From NCBI GenBank assembly GCA_963810935.1, contig CAWEPK010000010.1, positions 32,001 through 96,000 on the forward strand: a stretch of DNA of 64,000 nt, read 5' to 3'. This DNA comes from an uncultured delta proteobacterium. GTDB lineage: Bacteria > Desulfobacterota > Syntrophorhabdia > Syntrophorhabdales > WCHB1-27. The notes under the pieces were generated by a model. That model did not search any database, was not told where the DNA came from, and saw only the letters and a list, made by a program, of their open reading frames with translations. Position numbers and translations under genes: made by a program. Below are positions 1 to 8,000 of this stretch, in pieces; position 1 is the stretch's first letter, and every line of letters begins with the position of its first letter.

Positions 1-250
1 AGATGTAGCGACAATACGAGCTTTATGGCGGACTCCCCTATCCCCCTGTACACTGTATCAACTTAAACAATAAATCAATAAAAATGGGTAAGTCAAGAAG
101 AATTTTGCGCGGCGGGTATTTTCGCGGGTAATTGCCCGAGCATTCGGGACAACAGGATGGAACAAGCCCGAATGCGGCTAAACCGCACGCAAAGGGGCGG
201 GATCTATACAGCCCTTTTGCGTGCGATAAAGCCTGATTCCATGGAAAAAC

Positions 251-979
251 TTATTCTTTCACGGGGGGCTGCATGGTCTGGGACTCGCCTGCGCCCATGG
301 GCCGCTCCATCGTATCGGGCGGCATCCCCTCGCCCATCATCTTATGGCCGCCCGTCCCCGGGCCCATGCCCATGCCGCCGCGGCCCACCGTACCCTGGCT
401 CATGCAGCCGCATCCTCCGCCTTTTTCCTCATGCCGGTCCATCTTTTTCCAGCCCGTCTTGTGGTGGAGCATAATCAGGAAATCGAGCTTCTCTATCTGC
501 TCGGGCGTCAGTATTGACCTCCATTCTATCAGGGCCATCGTCCGCCTGTCCGCAATCTGCTGCTTCAGGGCGCTCATCTCTTTTTCGCGGGCAATGAGCG
601 TTGCTGCGTCCACCTTCGGGTCGGTAAAGAGCTTCTCCATCTCGACCCGCTTTGCCATGATGTCATACCTCAAGTTGTGGGTCTCCATGAAGTAGCGGCG
701 CCATACCTCGCGGCTTTTCGCTACCTGCTCCTTCGACAGGTTAAGGAAATGGGCCATGCGGGCCATCTTCCCGTGATGGAACTGGCCTTTCCATTCGGGC
801 GCAGCCTGCTGCCCGGCCGGGGCCGTACCTTTAGCAGCCGGCGGGTCGGCGGGGTCCGTGTCAGCCACCAGCATAATTATCTCTTCATCGCCTACTGCCG
901 CCTCTTGCGCAAGCAGAGGGGCGGTCAGGAAAAGAACAAAGATTGCTGTGCACGCCAGAGCCAGATATCCCCTCTTCAT
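251..979 (-). CDS. Spy/CpxP-family periplasmic protein (heavy-metal/stress chaperone-like)
   Basis: Signal peptide (MKRGYLALACTAIFVLFLTAPLLA); LNLSKEQ and ILTPEQ (LTxxQ) motifs; Gly/Met-rich tail; RBS GGAGG upstream. Confidence 0.7.
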   Translation of the reverse strand: MKRGYLALACTAIFVLFLTAPLLAQEAAVGDEEIIMLVADTDPADPPAAKGTAPAGQQAAPEWKGQFHHGKMARMAHFLNLSKEQVAKSREVWRRYFMETHNLRYDIMAKRVEMEKLFTDPKVDAATLIAREKEMSALKQQIADRRTMALIEWRSILTPEQIEKLDFLIMLHHKTGWKKMDRHEEKGGGCGCMSQGTVGRGGMGMGPGTGGHKMMGEGMPPDTMERPMGAGESQTMQPPVKE

Positions 980-1149
980 ACCAACCTCCTGTGATGGGTT
1001 TTTTGTTCGATCTTATTTATATGATACACCTCTTGCCTGCCTGACGAAACTTAATAACGCATTGCGACTCAGACAAGGGAGAGGCATTAGGAAGGGGCCG
1101 GCCGTAGATGCCCGTTGACACAGCCTCTCGCCGGAAGCATCATATCCTC

Positions 1150-1830
1150 ATGCTCGACCTGTTGGGACCGTTCCTGTTCGGGCTGGCCGGCAGCGCCCAC
1201 TGCCTCGGCATGTGCGGCCCCATCATAGTGGCCTACGCTATCCATATTGGCCCTCCCGCATCTTCAGGCACGTCCCGGCTTGTGCTGCCCGCAGGCGCGC
1301 TGTTGCACCTCGCCTTCCATGCGGGCCGCCTTTTCACCTATGGCCTTTTAGGCGCAACGGCGGCGGCCCTCGCCGGGACCGGTGCCGTTTCCGGCCTGAG
1401 GGCCCCCATTTCTGCCGGCGCAGGGGCGATCATGGTCCTTTTGGGCGCCGGGCTGGCAGTCGGCCCGTCTTTTCATCTCATCCCTCATTCCGGATCGGGC
1501 GGGGCCACGGCTGCTGCGGCTAAGCGCCTCTCCCCGCTTTTCTCATCGGGCCGCCTGGCGTCAAAGCTGGCCCTTGGGTGCGCCGCAGGCTTCCTACCGT
1601 GCATGTTTTCGGCTGCCATGGTCATCAAGGCGGCCTCGACCGGGAGGCCGGCTTCCGGGCTTTTTACCATGCTCTCCTTCGGCATGGGCACCGTCCCCGC
1701 CCTGTTCGTTACCGGTCTTTCGACGTCGCTTTTTACTTATAGGGTAAGGCTCGCGGGCAAGCGCGCGGCCGCACTGATGTTGGCCGTGATGGGCTTGTTT
1801 CTCCTGTATAAGGGGGTCGCGGCGCACTAA
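1150..1830 (+). CDS. Sulfite exporter TauE/SafE / DsbD_2-family membrane protein
   Basis: HCLGMCGP N-terminal motif, GRLFTY, GFLPC, FGMGTVP; multiple hydrophobic segments; start chosen at MLDLLG. Confidence 0.75.
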   Translation: MLDLLGPFLFGLAGSAHCLGMCGPIIVAYAIHIGPPASSGTSRLVLPAGALLHLAFHAGRLFTYGLLGATAAALAGTGAVSGLRAPISAGAGAIMVLLGAGLAVGPSFHLIPHSGSGGATAAAAKRLSPLFSSGRLASKLALGCAAGFLPCMFSAAMVIKAASTGRPASGLFTMLSFGMGTVPALFVTGLSTSLFTYRVRLAGKRAAALMLAVMGLFLLYKGVAAH

Positions 1831-1864
1831 CTAAGGCCCAAAAAAGGAGACTCCCGGCCGGCCT

Positions 1865-2998
1865 CTACGCCTCGGTCGGCTCCATGTCCATCTTGATCGC
1901 AAGGAACTTCAGGAGGTCGCGCAGGGCGAGGATGCCCACGAGCTTGCCCCGGTCTATGACCATAAGGCGGCTGGTGCCCGCCCTGTTCATCTTCTCAATC
2001 GCCTGGGTGGCGTCGGCTTCCGGATCAATGGTATTGCCTTCCGTGCAGGTCTCTGCGATCTCCTTCACCGTGTGGCTGCCCCATTCTCCACGCGGCACTT
2101 CTTTGAGTTGGTTGATCGTGACCACGCCCATGAGCTTCTCGCGGTCCACGACGGGGAACATCTTGTAGTGATAGCGGTAAATGTAATCTTCCATGAGCTG
2201 CGCCAGGGTCACGGAGGGATTGACCGTGATCAACTCGGGCTTCATGAAGCGCTTTACGTGCTCCCCCTGGAGCGCCCGCTTGACGAGCAACTGGCGATAC
2301 GAGGCCTGCGAGGCGTTACGCAGGAACATGCCGATGAGGAACCACCATATGCCGCTGATAATGCTCGAATAAATGAAGGAGACGATCCCCATTATCATCA
2401 TCGCCGCGCCGAAGCCCTCGCCGATTTTGGAGGCTATGCGCGTGGCCCACTGGAGCTGCCCCTTCGCCCGCCAGAGGATCGACCGGAGCACCCTTCCGCC
2501 GTCCAGCGGGAAGGCAGGCAGCAGGTTGAAGATACCCAGAAGGACGTTAAGGTAGGCAAGGTAAAGCAGGACGGCCGTATATGGCGGCGGCACGTACGAT
2601 GCGGCTGAAAGCGCGACCAGGTAGAAAATGCCGGCCAGGACGAAGCTCGATACAGGCCCGGCGACAGCCATAAAGAATTCCACGGTCGGGCTGTTCGGCT
2701 CTTCCGTCATCTGGGAGACCCCGCCGAAGATAAAGAGCGTGATGCCGCTGATCTTGAGGCCGTAACGGCGGGCTATCAGGGAGTGCCAGAACTCATGGAA
2801 AATTATCGACACGAAGAGCCCGAGCGCGCCGGCCACCCCCATCCACCAGTAGGTGCTTTTTTCCAGTCCTTTGTAATATGCCGGGAAAACACCGGAGGCC
2901 AGCGACCAGACGATCAAGAATGCTATGATGAGCCAGCTCGCGTCCGCGCTCACCGTAAAGCCGAATAGCCTGAAGAGCTTTATCTGTCGGCCGAACAT
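1865..2998 (-). CDS. Site-2 protease (M50 family) with C-terminal CBS domains
   Basis: HEFWH (HExxH), FNLLPAFPLDGG motif, tandem CBS domains; AGGAGG RBS ahead of ATG 2998. Confidence 0.9.
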   Translation of the reverse strand: MFGRQIKLFRLFGFTVSADASWLIIAFLIVWSLASGVFPAYYKGLEKSTYWWMGVAGALGLFVSIIFHEFWHSLIARRYGLKISGITLFIFGGVSQMTEEPNSPTVEFFMAVAGPVSSFVLAGIFYLVALSAASYVPPPYTAVLLYLAYLNVLLGIFNLLPAFPLDGGRVLRSILWRAKGQLQWATRIASKIGEGFGAAMMIMGIVSFIYSSIISGIWWFLIGMFLRNASQASYRQLLVKRALQGEHVKRFMKPELITVNPSVTLAQLMEDYIYRYHYKMFPVVDREKLMGVVTINQLKEVPRGEWGSHTVKEIAETCTEGNTIDPEADATQAIEKMNRAGTSRLMVIDRGKLVGILALRDLLKFLAIKMDMEPTEA

Positions 2999-3264
2999 AT
3001 TGTATAGCCTCCTTGAGCGGGTCCTTCGAGGCAAACCGCTTTTTAAGCTTATATGCATATATATAATGCCGGGAAGACCCAAAGAAAAGCATGTTTACCG
3101 CCCTGCCCTTCAAGGACCCGCGGCAGCGGACGGTGGAAAGAAGAGAGGTATTCGTAACTGCTCTTTAATGAAAGCAGACCGTGACGAAACCGGAAACAGC
3201 CGGCTCGTACCCGTCTGTATACAAACGGACCGCAAGGCCCTTTCTTCTTTACATTTTTTTTGTC

Positions 3265-3300
3265 TTGACAATCCGGAGCGCCTTGTGCATATTATCACAA
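3265..3300 (+). promoter_or_regulatory. Sigma70-like promoter (-35 TTGACA) overlapped by a Rex/CRP-like palindromic operator
   Basis: TTGACA at 3265-3270; 18-bp imperfect palindrome TTGTGCATATTATCACAA at 3283-3300 covers the -10 region and resembles Rex (TTGTGAA-N4-TTCACAA) and CRP (TGTGA-N6-TCACA) boxes. Confidence 0.55.
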
Positions 3301-3577
3301 GGGCTTTACAGCATAAATGTTTCAGTGTAGGATGTGGTGTGGTCGTTGGGGTGGAACGGGGGTACATGCGGCCGGCAAGCTCGAGGTATATTATCTCCAT
3401 ACCGGTAAGCGAAGCGCCTGGCGGGCACACATCCGCCGGGTGTCCCTCAATCGAACTCCGATAGAACAGCATGAGCAGGCAGTCTATAGGTATTCCATCT
3501 CCTGAGACATCAGGCGAAGGACGGCCGGTAAGGATGCGCCGGGCAGGTTTGCGGAAAATCGAAACTCTGGAGGAGAA

Positions 3578-3985
3578 ATGGACAGAAAGCCAACGATCTT
3601 GCTTGTCGATGACGACATTGATTTTGTCGATCTGAACAAAGCCGTCCTGGAGAACCAGGGGTTCGCCGTCGTGCCCGCTTACTCCGGTAGAGAGGGGCTC
3701 GGCAAGGTGAGGTTCGAGCAGCCCGACCTTATCATTCTCGATCTGATAATGGAGAAGCACGATTCGGGCTTTACGTTCGCAAGGACCGTAAAGGCCGACC
3801 CTATCTATAAGAAAATCCCCATCCTCATGCTGACGGCCGTAGGGGGGACTACGGGATGTGAGTTCTCCCAGGAAGCCGACGGGTACTGGATGAAAACGGA
3901 TGATTACGCCTGCAAGCCGCTCGAGCCGGAAGAACTGGTCCAGCGGGTAAAGAGCCTGCTCGCAAAAAGCAGGGGCGAGGCATAG
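3578..3985 (+). CDS. Single-domain response regulator (REC)
   Basis: ILLVDDD, PDLIILDLIM, IPILMLTA, KP motifs; GGAGG RBS. Confidence 0.9.
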   Translation: MDRKPTILLVDDDIDFVDLNKAVLENQGFAVVPAYSGREGLGKVRFEQPDLIILDLIMEKHDSGFTFARTVKADPIYKKIPILMLTAVGGTTGCEFSQEADGYWMKTDDYACKPLEPEELVQRVKSLLAKSRGEA

Positions 3986-4019
3986 GAAGGCACGAAAAGG
4001 CGGGCAAAGGCCCCGGCCG

Positions 4020-4853
4020 ATGAAAACGATGGACAGGAGTAAGCATAAACCCACCGTTGACGGTAAACAAAAACAAGCCGATAAGGGCAAAGCTGCGACC
4101 GGCCGGGTGAAGGTGCCCTACGTTGCAGTGGCAGCCCACGAGCTGCGCTCACCGCTCGCCGCTATTTACGGCTACCTTTCAGCGTATCTTTCCGGCGCCG
4201 CCGGGACAGACCCGAAAACGAACCGTAACATGCTTGAGCGGGCCAAAGTCAGGACGCGCACGCTCCTCGACCTCGTAGACGACCTTCTCCGGATAGAAAC
4301 GCTCAACTCCAAAAAAACAGCCGGGAAGGAGGCGGTGGAACTGGGCGGCGCGATCAGGAATGCGGTGGAGTTGATCCTGCCCCAGTGCGATGCCGGGAAC
4401 ATACGCGTCGAGATCGATATCGCCGGCCCCCTGCCCCCCGTTAAGGCCGACCGCGTGCAGATGGAGGAGCTTTTCACCAACCTCGTCTCGAACGCGGTCA
4501 AGTACAATGTAAGCAACGGCCGGGTGATAATACGGGCGAAACCGGTGCGGGGCTTCGTAGAAGTGCAGGTAACGGATACGGGCGTTGGCATGGACCGGGA
4601 AAGCCTGCGCCACGTATTCGAGCCGTTCTACAGGGTATCGGACCCGCAGACGCGGCGGGTGCCCGGGACCGGGTTGGGCCTCTCCATCGTCAAGAAGATC
4701 GTGGAGTCCCATTCCGGCCGGATAACAATCAAGAGCGAGCCGGGCAAGGGTACAACCGTAATCGTAAAGCTTCCCATGAAAGATCATGACAGGCATGACC
4801 CCGAATCGGGGAGAAAGTCAAAAAAGGAGAAAATATGGCCAAAAGAGCGCTAG
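4020..4853 (+). CDS. Cytoplasmic histidine kinase (HisKA + HATPase) with no evident sensor domain
   Basis: H-box HELRSPL, N-box NLVSNAVKY, DTGVG and GTGLGL G-boxes. Confidence 0.85.
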   Translation: MKTMDRSKHKPTVDGKQKQADKGKAATGRVKVPYVAVAAHELRSPLAAIYGYLSAYLSGAAGTDPKTNRNMLERAKVRTRTLLDLVDDLLRIETLNSKKTAGKEAVELGGAIRNAVELILPQCDAGNIRVEIDIAGPLPPVKADRVQMEELFTNLVSNAVKYNVSNGRVIIRAKPVRGFVEVQVTDTGVGMDRESLRHVFEPFYRVSDPQTRRVPGTGLGLSIVKKIVESHSGRITIKSEPGKGTTVIVKLPMKDHDRHDPESGRKSKKEKIWPKER

Positions 4854-7111
4854 ATGTGAGCAAAGAGCAAAGACATAACGAGATTGTCGAGAAACGGCAG
4901 CTTGCGCCCTCCCTCGTCATGTGGAAGCTCTACGTCCCGGATATAGCCAAGCGCGTCAAGCCAGGCCAGTTCGTGGTGTTGAGAGCCGATGACACGGGCG
5001 AGCGGATACCGCTCACGGTAGCCGATTTCGACCGTGAGAAGGGGCAGATAACGGTCATCTTCCAGGAGGTGGGCGCTTCCACGAAGAAGCTTTCCCGGCT
5101 GGACGCAGGCGGTATAGTCCTCGACGTCGTGGGACCGCTGGGCAAGGCAAGCCATATAGAGAAGTTCGGGACGGTAGTCTGCGTAGGCGGCGGCGTCGGC
5201 GTAGCGCCTGTCTATCCGATAGCCAAGGCGCTTTACCAGGCCGGCAACAAAATCTTCTCGATTATAGGCGCAAGGAACAAGGAGATGCTCATCCTCGAAG
5301 ACGAGATGAGGGCGGTCAGCAACGAGCTGCTGGTCACTACCGACGACGGCTCGTACGGCCGTCACGGCTTCGTTACCGACGAGCTGACGCGGCTCATCCA
5401 GGAAGGAAATCAAATCGATCTCGTCCTCGCTATAGGCCCGGTCGTCATGATGAGGGCGGTAGCCGAAGTAACGAGGCCCTACAACCTCAAGACCGTCGTA
5501 AGCCTCAACTCGATCATGATCGACGGCACGGGCATGTGCGGTGGGTGCCGGACGACCGTCGGGGACGATACGAAATTCGTCTGCGTGGACGGCCCGGAGT
5601 TCGATGCGCACAAGGTGAACTTCAAGGAGCTGATGCAGCGCCAGCAGATGTACGGGAGGGAAGAACGGCGCGCCATGTGGGACCACCAGTGCAAGCTGGA
5701 GGCCCAGGTGGCGGTGAAAAAAAGCAAGAGGCGGGAGAGGATGCCGGAGCAGGAACCGAAGCTCAGGATCCAGAACTTCAACGAGGTGGCGCTGGGATAC
5801 ACGCGCGAAAACGCGCTCCGGGAGGCTGCGCGCTGCTTGACATGCAAGAAACCCGCCTGTGTCGAGGGGTGCCCTGTGGCAGTCCAGATACCCGAATTCA
5901 TAGGCAAGATGAAGGAAGGCGACTTCATGGCCGCTATCCGCATAATAAAGGAGACAAACAGCTTGCCTGCTGTCTGCGGCCGCGTCTGTCCCCAGGAGTC
6001 GCAGTGTGAGAGCAAGTGTATACTGGGCAAGAAGGGTGACCCGATTGCGGTCGGCCGGCTCGAAAGGTACGCGGCCGACTACGAGCTTGCCGCAGGCGAT
6101 GTAAGGGTGCCCCCTAAGCCTAAGCCCACCGGCAAACGCGTGGCCGTCATAGGCGGCGGGCCTGCCGGGCTTACCGTTGCAGGCGAGCTCTCCAAGAAAG
6201 GACATGAAGTGACGGTCTTCGAGGCGCTCCATAAGGCGGGAGGCGTCCTCGTTTACGGCATCCCCGAATTCCGTTTGCCTAAGGCCATCGTCCAGCGCGA
6301 GGTCGATTACGTGCAGAAGCTGGGCGCGGAGATGAAGCCGAACACCATCATAGGTCAGACTGCGACGGTGGACGAGTTGTTCGCCGAGGGCTACGACGCC
6401 ATCTTCATCGGCACCGGCGCCGGACTCCCCTACTTCCTCAACATACCGGGCGAGAACCTGAACGGCGTTTACTCGGCAAACGAGTTCCTCACGCGCGCCA
6501 ACCTGATGAAGGCATACCTGTTCCCCGAATATGACACGCCGATAAGAATGGCCAGGAAGGTCGCGGTCGTCGGCGGCGGCAACGTGGCAATGGACTCGGC
6601 CAGGGTGGCAAAGAGGCTGGGCGCAGACCACGTCTACCTCGTCTACCGGAGGTCGCGCGCCGAGATGCCCGCCAGGGCGGAGGAGGCCCACCACGCCGAA
6701 GAGGAAGGCATCGATTTCAGGATGCTGACCAACCCCATAAGGATAGTCGGGGACGACAAGAACTGGGTCAAGGGGATAGAGTGCGTTAAGATGGACCTGG
6801 GCGAGCCGGACGCCTCCGGCAGGCGCAGACCAGTCGAGATAAAGGGGTCCGAGCACATCATTGACGTAGAGGTGGTCGTCGTCGCCATCGGCCAGGGACC
6901 GAACCCGATACTTACCCAGAGTACAGAAGGCCTGGCGCTCCGGCGGTCGGGCAACATCGAGGCCGACCCGGAGACGGGCAAGACGAGCCGCAAGGGCGTA
7001 TTTGCCGGTGGAGACATCGTGACCGGCGCAGCGACGGTTATTCTGGCGATGGGTGCCGGGCGGAAGGCGGCGGCGGCGATAGACGAGTACCTGAAAACCG
7101 GCCAATGGTAA
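4835..7111 (+). CDS. nfnAB: Fused NfnA-NfnB (SudB/SudA-type) NADH-dependent reduced ferredoxin:NADP+ oxidoreductase
   Basis: N-terminal PyrK/NfnA domain (GERIPLT, GPLG, GGGVG, DGTGMCGGC..CVDGPEF) fused to a GltD/NfnB domain (EAARCLTC..CP, CGRVCPQE, GGGPAGL, YGIPEFRLPK, GGGNVAMD, FAGGD). Confidence 0.85.
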   Translation: MAKRALDVSKEQRHNEIVEKRQLAPSLVMWKLYVPDIAKRVKPGQFVVLRADDTGERIPLTVADFDREKGQITVIFQEVGASTKKLSRLDAGGIVLDVVGPLGKASHIEKFGTVVCVGGGVGVAPVYPIAKALYQAGNKIFSIIGARNKEMLILEDEMRAVSNELLVTTDDGSYGRHGFVTDELTRLIQEGNQIDLVLAIGPVVMMRAVAEVTRPYNLKTVVSLNSIMIDGTGMCGGCRTTVGDDTKFVCVDGPEFDAHKVNFKELMQRQQMYGREERRAMWDHQCKLEAQVAVKKSKRRERMPEQEPKLRIQNFNEVALGYTRENALREAARCLTCKKPACVEGCPVAVQIPEFIGKMKEGDFMAAIRIIKETNSLPAVCGRVCPQESQCESKCILGKKGDPIAVGRLERYAADYELAAGDVRVPPKPKPTGKRVAVIGGGPAGLTVAGELSKKGHEVTVFEALHKAGGVLVYGIPEFRLPKAIVQREVDYVQKLGAEMKPNTIIGQTATVDELFAEGYDAIFIGTGAGLPYFLNIPGENLNGVYSANEFLTRANLMKAYLFPEYDTPIRMARKVAVVGGGNVAMDSARVAKRLGADHVYLVYRRSRAEMPARAEEAHHAEEEGIDFRMLTNPIRIVGDDKNWVKGIECVKMDLGEPDASGRRRPVEIKGSEHIIDVEVVVVAIGQGPNPILTQSTEGLALRRSGNIEADPETGKTSRKGVFAGGDIVTGAATVILAMGAGRKAAAAIDEYLKTGQW

Positions 7112-7170
7112 GCAATAAATGAATGAGGGCAACGCGGCCGGGCATTACGCCTAGCCGCGTTGCGACAGTA

Positions 7171-7202
7171 AAAGGGCCTGCGGATTACTCCGCAGGCCCT
7201 TT
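7171..7202. terminator. Bidirectional rho-independent terminator
   Basis: AAAGGGCCTGCGGA-TTAC-TCCGCAGGCCCTTT perfect 14-bp inverted repeat between convergent genes. Confidence 0.75.
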
Positions 7203-7225
7203 CGTTTGTAAAGCTCAGTTCGCGG

Positions 7226-7678
7226 TTATACGATAGCCTTCAGCTTGGCCTGGAGGTTTTTGACGAACTCTTTCTCAACCTCAGTAGCCTTGCTTCTCAT
7301 TACCCTGTCACCGAACATGGCCAGCTTGCCGACCATATTCACGTCCATTTTGTAGGCGATCTCGACGTCTCCGCCGCCCAGCTCCTTCAGGTCCATCGTG
7401 ATCTTGTCCTTCATCTGGCCGAGCTTCGTCTTGTCGACAGCCTCTCCCTCCATCTCAAGGTGCGTGGGCGCCTCGACCTTCGTGAGCACCTGCCGGCCTG
7501 ACATCGTGACCTTGATGATGCCGACGCGCTGCTTCATGGTGACGTCATACGTCTTCTCGTCGATCTTGTCGATCTTCTCGGCGCCCGGCAGGCAGGCGGC
7601 TAGGGCTTCCACGTCAAAAAGTGTATCCCAAAGCTTCTGGATGGGTGCGTTCACCGTGAACTTTCCTTCTATGATCAT
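7226..7678 (-). CDS. CoxG / SRPBCC-family protein
   Basis: N-terminal ..VNAPIQKLWDTL..LAACLPG and GKLAMFG pattern; last gene of a molybdo-hydroxylase operon. Confidence 0.8.
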   Translation of the reverse strand: MIIEGKFTVNAPIQKLWDTLFDVEALAACLPGAEKIDKIDEKTYDVTMKQRVGIIKVTMSGRQVLTKVEAPTHLEMEGEAVDKTKLGQMKDKITMDLKELGGGDVEIAYKMDVNMVGKLAMFGDRVMRSKATEVEKEFVKNLQAKLKAIV

Positions 7679-7718
7679 CTATCTATTCCTCCTGTCTTTC
7701 GGGCCGTGCGCCCGTTCG

Positions 7719-7985
7719 CTATTTCTTTCCCTTCTCAACCTCTTTCTTCTCGGCGTCCTTCTGGATGACTTCGCCGAGAAGGACGTAGCTGGCGTTTCCG
7801 GGCTTCGTGGCCTGCTCGATCATGAGATCGATGAACGACGTACCCTGAGGGGCAACAGCCTCATCGACCCATTTCCGGTGCGGCTGGTCGCCGGTGCCGA
7901 ACATGTGACGTGCACAATCTATAGCACTGCCCGTTTTTGCCTTCTTACCGCAGACGGGGCATAATATAGGACCGCTTACGCTCAT
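7719..7985 (-). CDS. Small hypothetical protein with possible Zn-finger (CPVC..H..H)
   Basis: 88 aa, GGAGG RBS, embedded in operon. Confidence 0.6.
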   Translation of the reverse strand: MSVSGPILCPVCGKKAKTGSAIDCARHMFGTGDQPHRKWVDEAVAPQGTSFIDLMIEQATKPGNASYVLLGEVIQKDAEKKEVEKGKK

Positions 7986-8000
7986 TGTATCCTCCTTTCG

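Noticed and set aside
3020..3240. Cyclic di-GMP (GEMM) riboswitch suggested by GGCAAACC
   Set aside because: The GAAA tetraloop stem and GACGCAAA segment are missing.
4835..7111. Annotation as glutamate synthase small subunit (gltD)
   Set aside because: No gltB nearby and an NfnA/PyrK-like domain is fused N-terminally; NfnAB fits better.
4850..7132. 760-aa antisense ORF opposite nfnAB, and similar long shadow ORFs (19233-20615, 30896-32506, 43050-44486, 45867-47219, 54619-56232)
   Set aside because: Antisense shadows of well-conserved genes in GC-rich DNA; no recognisable motifs.
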